64,000 bases of DNA from Schmidtea nova (taxonomy: Eukaryota), in assembly GCA_044892505.1 (NCBI GenBank), contig CM097882.1:167958001-168022000 (forward strand), given 5' to 3'. Positions 1 to 12,166 of the stretch are shown piece by piece; position 1 is the stretch's first letter, and every line of letters begins with the position of its first letter. The position numbers were made by a program, and so were the translations under genes. The notes beneath the pieces were generated by a model. It made no database searches, was not told where the DNA came from, and saw only the letters and a program-made list of their open reading frames with translations.

Positions 1-3
1 TAG

Positions 4-662
4 ATTGTGGAGTTGTCATGACCCAATCATTATACTCCCCAAGTTCCAGTCCATTTCATTCTACAGACACCAGATTGAATTCATTTTCGAATGTTCCCAT
101 GAGTCCTCCAAGTGCCCCATTAAACTATTCTCCAAACTGTTGTGATCAAAACCCAGGCTCCTTGAGAGGCTGCTCAGTTCCACCAGCATCTATTGGATCA
201 GAAATTGAGAATGAATGTTCAAGATTATGGTTTTACAATCCTCTGATAAACGATCGTCACTTGATGCCTTTTATCGATGTGATAGATGATGCAAACAATA
301 ACCGATCATCGTCCTTTAATGGTGCTCCATTAGTAAGTATTAGTCAAATGGACAATATTCGAAGCTCCTCTTTTCAAACTCCGCCAAATCACAGCAAATG
401 CCAAATTCCTTTACAACAATACGAGCTCAATAATGTTCCTACTTCGGCCAACCTGGTCAATTATAATATTCCGAAATATTCCACTCTGCCACTTGACAGT
501 CATTCTCCAAAACATAACAACTCGAAATACTTTCAAAAATTGAAACAAGTTGATCAAACCGAAGGAATGAAATCAAATGAAATTTTTAATTTCCCCCCAA
601 ACATAGAAAACACATTAAAATTGAATAATGATGTAAAAAGAGGAAAAGAAATTAAAAAGAAA
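4..662 (+). CDS. kif26: KIF26/vab-8-like kinesin, internal coding exon (low-complexity S/P/N-rich tail); gene begins upstream of the window
   Basis: AG at 2-3; open frame to GTATTA donor at 663; a 55-nt intron (663-717) joins it in phase 0 to the next exon (...EIKKK|ENKKGFG...). Identity comes from downstream exons. Confidence 0.7.
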
Positions 663-717
663 GTATTACAAAGCATAAATTTTTAATTTAAAAAAAAATT
701 AATTATATAATTTTAAG

Positions 718-1017
718 GAAAATAAAAAGGGTTTCGGATTTCTAAATCATCTTATCAGGAATAAAAAACTGAAAAAAGATTTGTCAGTTAATCGACCTGG
801 GAAGGATGAAACAAATAATTCTATTGAAATCAACAATCAAAGTGCTGTCAAATCTCATGAGTGCCAGTTTTCAGATAATATTGACTATGTAAAAAGAGCT
901 GGGCCACCGCTTTTGTTAACATCACCATATTGCACAATTACACATCCTAAAATTCCACCCACTCAAGCCGGTAGCAGTGGTCACGGTAGCGATTGCAGCA
1001 GCTTTAAAGAATCAAAA
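718..1017 (+). CDS. kif26: KIF26-like exon containing SSGHGSD
   Basis: TTTAAG acceptor, GTAATT donor at 1018 (phase 0). AGSSGHGSDCSS matches the SSGHGSDxSS motif of KIF26A/B C-terminal tails (recalled family knowledge). Confidence 0.8.
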
Positions 1018-3050
1018 GTAATTTTAATATATTTTTTTAGATAAAAACATTTAAAAACCTTGAATTTAAAAAACATTTTAATTTTTAAATAATCACAATT
1101 TAAAATAATAAAATTTGAAATTGAAAATATTACTTTTCATCACTTTTTTGAATTTTATTCCAGTAATATATACTTTTACATAACAATTTAAATAAATTAT
1201 AATACTTTTTTTTATAAGTATTACACATAAGCATAATTATAATTTCCTACTACCCGTCGGCGGTAGTAAAAATTGCACCTGTAGGAAAAAAATTGAAAAT
1301 TTTATTATTCATTTTGTACAATACTTGTTGATTTTCTGCCTGGATTGAAAAAGAATATTGAAAAACAAGGATAAAGTTGTATCAGACAAGTGATTTTAAA
1401 CGAAAAAAAGGTTCCATGGACAGTAAGACATTAATGTTAATTGTATTAATTGTATTAATGTAGGTAAACTTTTTTCCATCATATTTATCTGGCCCCATTG
1501 TTTCGGGACCCCTGTGGCCGCAGGTTATGCAGGTGAGAAGTCGACGGCTCTGCCTACATGAAAATTTCTAATATGCCACCAGATTGGTCTATAATCGTTA
1601 TTCTATGTGGAAATTCTAAAGATTTAAAAAACAAATTTTAAAATTATCAGAGAAAGTACATCAATTCACAGTACAATTACAGTACAAGTGAAATTATGAA
1701 TTAACCATTTTTATCACACCAAATATAATTATTAATAAAAATTACTAATAAAATGAGACCTTCTTGATGGTGACAGTCATTTAGATGTCCGTCTGAAAGA
1801 ATCTTGGTTGCCATGTTCATATTTGAAATTTCAAAAATAAAACTTTCTACCTTTTTTCAAAAAAAATCCAAAAAGTCTTAAAATTTTAATTTTCTTGATA
1901 ATTTCTATAAGACCTCGTATTTACACGGAAATTAATGTTCAATTTTGTCAAAATGGTGCAATTTAATAAAAAAAACGGTTTCTGAAAAAAAAATTTTAAA
2001 GTTTTTCTACAGTTAAAAGGGTTAAAAGGATGATCCGATATTGTTCATACATAAAATATCACTTTCGAATATATTTTCATTACATGGTAAAACTTGTCTT
2101 TTCATTAAAGAGACCCATATGGAAGAAATATTTTGGGGTTCCAGATAAAAGTTCTCAACAATAAAGAAGTATAAAATTAAAATTATATTTCGATTGATCC
2201 CAATTGAGAGGCATCAGCCAGCATTTGTTGTCACTACTCGTGGAATCTGGATATATAATCTTGTCTACTAAATCATATTCATTTTGATCAATTATAAAAA
2301 TATTCTATTAAACAATTATATAATAATGATTTAATAACAATTAAAAATAGAAACGTATTCATTACAAAGAGATAAAAGAGTTTTCTCAACAAAAACTTTC
2401 CAAAATTTGCGTCGGCTTTACGTAGATGCGTTCCATTATGTCATATGCGTTTCTTTTCCGCATTTCTTTTACAATGATTTGAGTGGTTTGACATATGTGC
2501 TATTGTCAATATCGTAATAATTTAATCTTAGGTCCATTAAACAATGATTTTCCTGCCATTTGATATTTCTTTTTATTGGAGTAAAAGCACCAATGCGTTT
2601 TAATTATACAGACGTATTGGAGAAATTAAAGTCTGAAAATTTGGCACGGCTTAATATTTGTAAAAAGCAATATGAAATAACAAAATATGCTGAAATAAAG
2701 AACTTTTTATAGAATTTCAAAATAAAATTAAACTTGAAAATTAGGATGAAAATTTCCAAAGTGATAAGGACATTCGGCCCATTAGAAGTGTGAAAGTTAG
2801 ACCACTGACATTTCAAAGTGATTATGATTTTTAAAAGCGTTTAATATAAAAAATGTCTTGTTCTTTTGTTGGAAAGCAGTTTTTAGTGTATAAATATTAA
2901 ACTCATATTCAATAGAAATAACCTGAAATATGTAAAACACATGTTCCTTTTCATTTGTTTTATTAAATTTTATCATCATCATCTTCTAGTTTCACATTTA
3001 ATCTTTTTTAATTCAATAACTTTTATATTAATATTTTAAAGACTATAGAT

Positions 3051-3230
3051 CAGTGCTCTTCATAAGGTCGATCGCAAAGTAAATAAAAAACTTATTTTTG
3101 TAGTAATAAAATAAACTTTTTTTTTGATTTTGTTTGTATTTTATTATCATCACATAAAAATATTTGATTTCGTTAGATTGCTTTTACAATTTAAAAGTAG
3201 ATCTGTTGAAATAAATAGTGGACATCACTG
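3051..3230. mobile_element. hAT (Buster/Charlie-like) MITE
   Basis: CAGTG...CACTG termini; exact 8-bp TSD CTATAGAT (3043-3050 and 3231-3238). Inserted into a diverged copy of the palindromic repeat family. Confidence 0.75.
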
Positions 3231-3335
3231 CTATAGATCAAAACATTTTTTTATTAGGTATACGATAATTTGACATAGTCTTTAATCAAGTGTGTATTTG
3301 ATGAAGGTGGTGCCGAAATGGCTTGTATTTAGTAA
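3231..3335 (+). repeat. Diverged copy of the hammerhead-bearing palindromic family
   Basis: CTATAGATCAAAA...TCAAGTGTGTAT-TTGATGAAGG-TGGT-GCCGAAAT. Confidence 0.55.
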
Positions 3336-3761
3336 AAAATTTAATGAAAAACCATTTCTTCAGCCGAATTATCACTTGTTAAAATTTCAGCCACAATTTC
3401 AATCAATTATTGTTATAACTGACTACATAAATGACAACTAAAATATTTTTCATTTACTCTTTGCTCAATTTATTTGGACAAAGTCCAGGAATTCAAAAAT
3501 GTGATTAGAATTTCGTTGTTTATAACAGAATTTTAATTGCGATATTTACGGTACTAGGTTTGTTGCAAAGCACTCTTTAAACAACTGCACTAATTAACGC
3601 GGGATTTAGGTCAATAGTAAACACTCATGTGTGCGGAAATTATTAACTGTAATTTCACTTTTTTTGGCATGGCGGTGGATAGCAGAAAGAAGTGAGACAG
3701 GTAGAAATTTAAAAGAAATAGGATTGTCTAGAGAAGGCACAAAATAGAGACATAACACCAA

Positions 3762-3970
3762 AGTAGTCTATTGTGTCACATCTAGTGCACTTAGCCCCTC
3801 CCACTGAATTTACGATCGAATGATTATAGTGTGTGTAAACTAGATTTAAAGGGAATTTTATGTGTGTAAACTAACTTTTGCAGAAATAAAGTGTGCGTAT
3901 ACGAACTTTCGCGGGGATATAGTAAATTCTGGGGGAGGTAAGATCGCTAGTTGTGACACAATATACTACT
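3762..3970. mobile_element. 209-bp TIR miniature element with AGTAGT termini and 6-bp TSD
   Basis: About 50-bp imperfect TIRs (AGTAGTxTATTGTGTCACA...); CACCAA direct repeat at 3756-3761 and 3971-3976. Confidence 0.7.
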
Positions 3971-4808
3971 CACCAAGTGGTAATATTCATTGTGAATTGC
4001 TTGCAAAAATTTGAGATTGATACGTAAATGCGTTATGCTTTCGACAAGATCTTGATATTTTATTATAGTCTCTATCAAAACATTTACACAGAAATATCAA
4101 AATATTTTAACCACAAACATATGAATAATTAAATATTACGACTTCCTCTAGAAACACGCAATAATCCGAACCATTTTTTTATTTAATAGTCACGTTCATT
4201 TTGGATGTAATGATAATTAAAATTTATAATTTAAAATTTATTCTTACTCATTTTTAAGAGTGTAAATTTCTAAGTGGATTTTCTCAAAATATTTCGGCAT
4301 ATTTTTTTTGACAAAAAATATTTCTTTGGTGTTGATAAAAATTATTTTTTTAATTTAATTTTTTAAATTTAAATTTTTAATGCTTGGAATTTGATTTAAA
4401 ATTATTTGTAACATCGGATTGTTTTTTTATTTAAATATAATTGAAAATTAAATAGATATTGGAAATAATTTAATTAAAAATAAATTTTATTTATGAATTT
4501 AAAAAAATTTGTCTCATTTTAATTATCAAATAGATTGTAGGGGTTTCCGGACAATAAAATCTAATTGGGGAAATAAAATTTCTTTATGAAAATAAAATTT
4601 AAAACAAAATTACATTTATTTCATTGTAAAAAATTATATTTTATTAGTCGTTAAAATTAATAAATACTGTATCGTTACTTCAACTTTGGTATCTTCTGGG
4701 AATTATTTGACCTTTTTAGTACACCCATGCAAATTTTTTTTAATAAATAAAAATTTAATTAAAAAGATATAAATTTTTTTTTATTTTTTTGTTGGGTGGT
4801 ATGGGTGT

Positions 4809-5370
4809 TGTTACAAAATTTATTACCGACTTTTATTGGTTAATACAACCCACACCGCAACATAAATATTACTCCATCACACACGTGTACCCATAGTTAT
4901 TCCCCAAATAACTATGTTGGTACTGTACACGGTGGCGAGAATCTAGTGAGCAGGTGAGCTCCGTTGTTGAAATTACTCCTCTCTAAATTCTCTCTTTCGG
5001 GTTCTTGAGGCCAATAGAAGGACTTACGCGCCTATTTTCTTTTTGGTCCTATCGCGTGATTTTCCTCCCAACGATCTATTACTTTCTGCTATCAACAATA
5101 TCCTTTTCATTCTCAACTAATTCACCAAAACGATGAATACTCATTCCAATCCCCTTTTCTTCCGCCCAAATTTATTTTAAGTACGCTGCATCATCTAACC
5201 CTCTGAGGAGAGTCAGGACGAGAGGCCATTTATTGCCCATCAGGTTGCGAGACCATCAGGACATGCCCTTATAGATTTTACCCGGGTTGTTATGAGAGTT
5301 TACCCACAATTAATCATAAAATGTATGATTCGAAATATTTATTGACTACTATTCACATAACATGATTACA
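4809..5370 (-). repeat. LTR-like dispersed repeat, homologous to 51840-52135
   Basis: The minus strand shares GCTCACCTGCTCAC...CACCGTGTA...TACCAACATAGTT...TAACTATGGGTACACG...AATAAA...TAACA with 51840-52024. No TSD found; boundaries approximate. Confidence 0.45.
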
Positions 5371-6509
5371 GATTACCATATACAAACCAAACCTACTCTC
5401 CTACGCGACTGGCTGGCGAAACACGAAATCAAAATTTTTGTGTTAACTTGCAGAAACTAACTGAGTTTTTTCAACTGATTTTTGTGTCTATTTGTACTAA
5501 AATAGACTGACATCCACGCATGTTTTCATTCAATTGATTATATTATGATTGAAACTCAATTTATTTGTTTCAATAACCGATTATTTATTTAATTTTTTGT
5601 AAATTTTATTTTATAATTTCATTTATTTATTTCTAAGATATTTGATTTTAATTCCGATAAATGATGTGTGTCCCATGTTTTTGTACATTTATTGATTGAT
5701 AAAAACAATTAACATTAATTGAATTCTATTTTTATTCCTACTTCTGTTATTTTTCCGATATTTCGATGAGGATTTTTCCTATAATTTTTAAAAAATTATT
5801 TTCTTTAATTTGATGTCAAATTTATTCTTTAATCATACTTTGCTTTATTTTTATACCAGCAATGATCTTCCCCATTCAATTCTCATGCGGTCCTTCGTTT
5901 GTAAATGCGACCTGCACTCAAATTGTGGGCTCTCTTTTGAGATGCCTCTTTTCTATCGGTTAAGCCCTATCTCGACCGACTTATCGAATGCGGTTCGTAT
6001 TATTACTATTGTACTTTACTGTTTTATTTTCTTTTGCGTTAGTTTCCTGCGTAATGCTTTATCGTGCGTTTTTAAACTTGTTCCTTTTTAATTTTTGATG
6101 AATTCAAACAAAATTTTATTTTCGATTTCGCCAGCCCAACATTTTGATAAATATACAAATACAAACTTATATAAAGATATAAAAAACAAACAATATATAA
6201 ATTGGTGGTTGCACTCTAAGCGTAACATAAACAATTGGAATTATGTAATATAGACAAAATTTACAATAATTAATTAAACAATAGGTGCAAGGACAAATGA
6301 AAATTTAGCTATAGGTAAATAAATCACCAAGATCTGGGGCACCATTTTATTCCAAAAACAGTTATTTCAATAAATGAAAATTTGACTACAAAATCTAAAA
6401 AAAGTAATTTTTTCATGGATGGAAATTCTGATTTAAAATTTCGCCGAGACATAATCGTATTTATCTGTGCATCGAATTATATTAGTAACAAAGTATTTTC
6501 ACTTTTTTA

Positions 6510-6612
6510 GACTATAAATCAAAATCATTTCAGTTTAACACAAATTTTTGGCACTGCCTTTTTCAAGTGTTCTCTCAAAATAACTCTTGAAAAAAGGCAG
6601 TGCTGAAAATTT
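6510..6612 (+). repeat. Diverged palindromic-family copy
   Basis: GCACTGCCTTTTTCAAG / CTTGAAAAAAGGCAGTGC inverted arms, preceded by ACTATAAATCAAAA. Confidence 0.5.
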
Positions 6613-6996
6613 CAGTTAAATTGATAACATTCTAATATATAGACTAAAGGAATGAAAATAAACGATTTCATAATTAAAAGATACAAGATAAAGAGGATAA
6701 CAGATTGTTATATAGTAATTGTTAATTAGTATTTGGTTGGGATCATCATCCATTCCTAGCTTCGGTTTAACATATTCGTTACTGCCTTGAAATCGACATT
6801 CAGACACAAAATCATTGCCGATTCCATTCATAAAATTGATTAGTCTTAGTTTGACCTCTTTGGTTGATCTTGGAATCGTTTGGTTTCGTAAATGATTTGA
6901 CGAGTAGATGCGACATTTCCATTTGAACTATAATTATTAATGAGATGAGCAGATAATTTGTATTGTGATTTTAAGATTTGTATCAAATTTCATATA

Positions 6997-7189
6997 CAGG
7001 CAACCCTCGTTTAACGCAGTTTACTAATTCGGTGTTATCTAAAACCGATTAAATAAAACTAAAAATTTACATATAAGAAAAAATTATAATAAGAAAAGAA
7101 GTTAAAAATTTAATTATATTTTGAAAAAAAAATTATCTAACATTTTAAATAATTTTAAAAAAACAACCGCGTTAAACGAGGGTTACTTG
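6997..7189. mobile_element. Tc1/pogo(Tigger)-like MITE
   Basis: 25-bp TIR CAGGCAACCCTCGTTTAACGCAGTT versus CAAGTAACCCTCGTTTAACGCGGTT; TA on both flanks. Confidence 0.8.
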
Positions 7190-7389
7190 TATTTACAAGC
7201 TGATGCAGCCCACTATTAACTTAGTATTGCGTAATCCGCTGCAAAACAGTGTAAAAATTTTTAATTTGAAAAATTGTTTTTAAAAAAATTAGACAATTGT
7301 TTATTTGAATTTTATCTTCCTTTTATGTAATTTTTTCAATATTTTTTATTTAATAATTAAATTTTAATTTGTAATAACTTTACTTTTAG

Positions 7390-7591
7390 TCTACTCAAGC
7401 ATCTGTGAATTTTCATCAAGAAAACACTGGATACAGATTTTTGCCGTATGGTCGTGCTGGAAGCAGCGGTTATGAAAGCGTTGTTCGAGACAGTGAACTG
7501 TCCTCCCACAACGATTCGGCCAGTGAATGTTCTGCGCCAACCAATGCAGCTTTGCAATCAAAAAATATCATTAATAACACAATCGTTACTA
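7390..7591 (+). CDS. kif26: KIF26-like exon containing GSSGYESVVRDSE
   Basis: TTTTAG acceptor in phase 0 after a 6372-nt intron; GSSGYESVVRDSE resembles KIF26B GSSGYESVMRDSE; GTATGA donor at 7592 (phase 1). Confidence 0.85.
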
Positions 7592-7643
7592 GTATGAATT
7601 AATTTGATTTAAGTAAATTAATTAAATTAAACTTAATTAAAAG

Positions 7644-7759
7644 ATTCCAACAAAAACACCCAAATCTCACCGATGACCCCTGTCAATAATAATAAAACGC
7701 CGACAATAATTGAACATGAAAAGAAAGTCGAAACTATAAATTATGTAAATGAAAGTCAA
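7644..7759 (+). CDS. kif26: KIF26-like exon (NSNKNTQISP...NESQ)
   Basis: 52-nt intron before and 47-nt intron after; phases 1 and 0 keep the frame open. Confidence 0.75.
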
Positions 7760-7806
7760 GTAAAAATTTGTTACTGAAAACTTGTAAGTAGATAATATTT
7801 TTCTAG

Positions 7807-7933
7807 AAAGTGTTTGAATTGATAAAAGCGGAAAAGATTTGCATGTTGGAAATGGAACAGGAGGAAATGAAAAATGAATTAATTAATGTTTTAAAATTTT
7901 TCAATGATGACATTGATGGGAGCAGGAAATACT
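7807..7933 (+). CDS. kif26: KIF26-like exon, C-terminal coiled coil (KAEKICMLEMEQEEMKNEL)
   Basis: TTCTAG acceptor, GTAAGT donor at 7934 (phase 1); heptad-like pattern aligns with the KIF26 C-terminal coiled coil. Confidence 0.8.
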
Positions 7934-8350
7934 GTAAGTTGTGTTTTTATATTAAATTCATGAATCGTATTTTGCAAATTTTTTTTTAATAATGTAAATT
8001 TATTAAACAAAATTCTTTATAAATAAAAATAAGTTCATAAGAGTTTTGAAAATTTTATTTATTTTTATTTTTAATGCTGTTTTTATTCAAAATCAACCTG
8101 TTCCCGTGGACTTCAAAAGGGACATCATAAATTTCATTGGACCAAATATCATATTTCTAGGCAGATATTTTCATAGAAAATACAAGATTCAGGGCAATCT
8201 TTATTTTTTAGGCCTTTCTAGATTAAAAATTACTGGGAAAGAAATAAATAATGTTCAATTATAATTAATATTTACTTAATTATCAAAACCATTTTTAATC
8301 TTTATTTTTAAAACTCTTTAATAATTTAATAATTTTCATATTAATTTTTC

Positions 8351-8483
8351 CATGACTAAAGATCAAAATAATTTTTTAATGGGTACACGATATTTCGGCA
8401 CAGCTTTTGTCAATAAATACACAATTGATAAAGTCTGCCGAATAATCGCATACTAATGAAAAAAGCTGTTTTGATCTATAGTC
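8351..8483. repeat. Diverged full palindromic-family copy
   Basis: ATGACTAAAGATCAAAA...ATATTTCGGCACAGC / TTGATAAAGTCTGCCGAA...TTTGATCTATAGTC. Confidence 0.65.
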
Positions 8484-8518
8484 TCAGAAAAATTAATCCC
8501 AAAATTATTCATTTAGAT

Positions 8519-8785
8519 CAGCGGTCGTGGAACCGGGGTAAATTACCCCCAAATGGGTTAAAAATGAAAATCTTTTGGGTAATAGGGAAATTTTTATAGA
8601 CTCTATATTTCATACTTACTATTTTCATATAACTTTTTTATTAATATGTAAATGTAAATTAATTTAATAAATAATGTTTATTTAAAATTTACATTGATTG
8701 TTTTCTTTTCAGAATGGGGGGGGGATAATATCGACTTACGCAAAATTATTTTGGGGTAATGGTTAAAAAAGTTCCCCGACCGCTG
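8519..8785. mobile_element. hAT MITE
   Basis: TIR CAGCGGTCG(T/G)GGAAC; exact 8-bp TSD ATTTAGAT. Confidence 0.9.
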
Positions 8786-9115
8786 ATTTAGATAAACCAA
8801 AAAATAATGATGACAATATGTGAAAATTGTCTTCCGTAAAATATATTCTAACGCTGAAATGAAACTGTTATGATATTTGTGCACTGCAGAGTATTTACCT
8901 ATTTTTTTATAAAACTTGAGACCCAGAGCCACGGGGCTATATGTATTTATCACAGGATCAGTAACTGACATCTCAAGGAATAAAAATAGATTTTAACTCT
9001 ATTAAAATCATCACAATAATTTTGAGTTTTTATTTATGAATGAAAATCTGAAAAAGACCGAAAACAAGATTTTATCCAAGAATTTTTCAAAGTAAATATG
9101 TTTTAAGAGATCAAA

Positions 9116-9240
9116 ATGCAAAGATTTATTCGAGTCTTACTGGAGATGACATATATTGTTAAAAATAATTATTCGGAAAAATATCCAAATTTATTATTTG
9201 CCTTACAAAGAATGCCGACATTGTTAGTAATAGGGGGGTT
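9116..9240 (+). pseudogene. Possible relic of a hAT transposase C-terminal dimerisation domain
   Basis: EKYPNLLFALQRMPTLLV resembles the (F/Y)PNLxxALxxxLTLPV motif; short and degenerate. Confidence 0.35.
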
Positions 9241-10114
9241 ACAACAATATTTATTATATAACTTTTATACTTTACTTTCAATTAGTTCAATTAATGATCT
9301 GTCATCCTTTAGCCTAATATAACTCGCACGAAGAATTTCCAAGAAGAGATAATTTTCTTATAAATAAATGTTTTATTAAAAATTATTGTTCTCCACAAAA
9401 ATAAATAAAACAAAAAAAAATTAATATTTTATTTTTAATTTTTTGATACAACTTATCTATTGCTGACTCTTCATTGGAATTTTATTAAACCTTTGCCAAC
9501 TGACTTGATTCTAATTTTATTTATTTATTGTCGACTAAAAATCTTTTCTTGATTGTCTGCTAATTAATGGTTGACCTTATTGGCACGGTGATTTATAACA
9601 ACTAAAGTTTGACGGGGTATTAATTGGCGTTTACAAACCGGTTTGTTTTTGTTAAAACTTTATGTAAAAATGTACAACAGGTATTTCAATTATGTTAAAA
9701 ATTCCTTTATTAAAATTAATATATAATCTTAAACATAACTGTTTCGTTTCTCCAAATAACATAAAACAATAATTGAAAGTGTTTCTAATGTGATATTCAA
9801 TGCGGTTTCTTAAGGCACACGCGTTTTGAGCTTCTCTGGCTCTCATCAGTACCATTTAAAAAATTTGCTTCCTCCTAGAAACGAACCCCTAGTAGCTTAA
9901 TGACCAAACCCAAGAGTCTGACCACTTCATTATCATGCCAAATAAATTATCACAAGTGATAAACTGCTCTAATCAATAGAAAATTAATACATTTTATATC
10001 TTACAAAATAGGTTAAGAAAACTCATATTATATATTTATGGCCATAAGTGTAAATACAGTTAAAGTCTTTATTCGCATCCAATGGCGGTAAGTAATCATA
10101 TAGATTAAAATCAC

Positions 10115-10249
10115 TTTTGGCTTTTAGAATGACTGACTGATTTAAATAAAACGGAGTGGTCATGGATTTGGGGTCGGTCATTAAGTCATGTCGAGTCGAG
10201 TGACATTAAAAACTTTATTTTAATCAGTCAGTCATCCAAAAATCCAAAA
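10115..10249. repeat. Fold-back / MITE-like inverted repeat
   Basis: About 36-bp arms containing ATGACTGACTGATT / AATCAGTCAGTCAT. Confidence 0.55.
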
Positions 10250-10896
10250 ATAAATAAATGAGATTCCTTTTTTAAAATCGAAATTTCAACGAAAATATAT
10301 AGATTGTCTGTGTTTTTTATATTCATTTTACACAACCATATTTTTATTAAATTTGATTTTGAGTTTTTAATTATGTTGAAACTCTCAATTTTAGAGTGAC
10401 CACATTGTGCATTTCTATTTGTTTCATTTTGAGCGTCGTTTTCGTCGATTAAACGATATATTTAATTTATAAAACGATTTATTTTAATTTTAGAAAGTTG
10501 AAACCATAATTTTTAACAATAATAATTTTAATAATAATAATTTAAATCAATAAAAATAAAGACAAAAAATACCAAAATTATCTAAGAAATTATATCTCAA
10601 AAAGTTCAATCGTGTGGAAGTATTTCGAAAAAAGCCATTTGCTATTTGTGCAAAAAAACAAAATTTAAAAATATAAAATATAAAAAAAAATTCTCACCCA
10701 ATAAATTTGATATGACTAGAAAGAAAAAGATACAAACTCTCTAATAGTGATTAAATTATATTTATTTTAAATTATAAAAATTATACTCAAAGCCTTTTTA
10801 AACCTTAACAAGACCATGTGGTGGAACAGTTTCAAAAAAAATTAATGTAAAAAAGACGATGATGTTGAAGATAATTTCAAAGTTATTATAATAATA

Positions 10897-11232
10897 CTAG
10901 TGTGTTACCCGTCAAAAATGACGGAATTTTTCAAAATAAATATATTTCAGCGGAAATAAAATAAATTTTGAAAGTTTACATATCAGAATTTTTATTAAAA
11001 TCACAGATTTATAGTAAAAAAATGTCTAAAAAACTCATGTAAAATAAATCATCAAAATTGGCAATGAGATAAAACGTACTATACACCGTTGAAAAGCTTT
11101 TGAAAAGCTGTTTAAAACACTTTGTGTTTGAGCTTTCTATCTTAAGAAATGAAAAAGTTATGAGCTAGCGAAAACAGCGTTACACACAAACAAGCAAACA
11201 AACAAACAAACATGGGAAATTATATATGTAGA
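10897..11232 (-). mobile_element. Non-autonomous Helitron (336 bp)
   Basis: Minus strand: A|TCTACATATA 5' end, (TTTG)n tract, 3' hairpin CCGTCA-TTTT-TGACGG followed by CTAG|T; A/T target, no TSD. Confidence 0.85.
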
Positions 11233-11404
11233 TTTAATTGAATGTGTATAGGTAAGTTTTTATTGCGCTGGAGGTTCTGATATTATTAGGCATTGCGTAG
11301 ACTTTTCAAAAAATCTTAATATTCAAAAGGAAATTAATTTAAACAATTTTGTTAATTATCATTATATTGGTTTTACATTTTGTTAAAAACTTCATTATTT
11401 ATAG

Positions 11405-11571
11405 TAGAAACGCATTTATCTGATATAGAAGGCATTGATGACACCAAATCTCCAGATGGTCTAAATGCAACAAACCAAACACTTCGGTCAGTACTCAACA
11501 GATACCAAAGCAACTTATATATGATTACATCATTTATTGGAAAGCCCCCATCAGATTCTTTATATGAATAG
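11405..11571 (+). CDS. kif26: KIF26-like terminal coding exon (...LRSVLNRYQSNLYMITSF...*)
   Basis: TTTATAG acceptor in phase 1; LYMITSF resembles the KIF26 C-terminal LMMITCF; TAG stop at 11569-11571. Confidence 0.8.
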
Positions 11572-12166
11572 TCTTATATTACTAATTCACATCTTGATAA
11601 ACTTATTGTGCCTTAGGCATACATTTGATTTTTTTTGTAATTAAATACATATTTGTGGTTATTTTTGTTTTCACATTTGACAACCTATTTTTTTCAAAAT
11701 GTTTGTTACTTGAAAACAATTGGAAAATATGATAAAAAAACTTCAATTTGAACATGAATTCATTGACTCTCATGCCAGTCGCTGGCTCCTTTGGTCATGG
11801 TTTACCTGACAAGCCTTCAGATTACTGCTTGTCACAATTTTCGCTTAATTTATGTTAATATGCATTTTTTTTCTTTATAAGTCACTTAAATAAAAATTAT
11901 ATTCTAAATTAAGACCACAAAATATCTCTGTTTGATCTTGGGCGTACTTAGTACCCATACAATGGCTGGAACTTAGGACATTAAATTTCTAAAAAAGGAG
12001 TAAGAATAGAAGAAATAATACAGATGACAAATAATTAATTTACAGTGTTTTTCGAGCTATTAAGTCAGTGTTGCAAGCTATTAAGTCACTTTTGCAAGCA
12101 ATTAAGTCAATAAATAAATATAATAAATTTTTTAAATTTAATTAAATTGAATTAAATATAATTTAA

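Noticed and set aside
1489-1552. hAT-like right terminus (...GTCGACGGCTCTG)
   Set aside because: No matching left end or TSD found.
5214-5250. CTGAGGAGAGTCAGGACGAGAGGCC as a hammerhead
   Set aside because: GAAA is replaced by GAGA, helix II needs a 2-nt loop, and helices I and III do not close.
5810-6091. 93-aa ORF and GC-richer block
   Set aside because: No motif on either strand; stops in the purine-rich antisense frame; unassignable relic.
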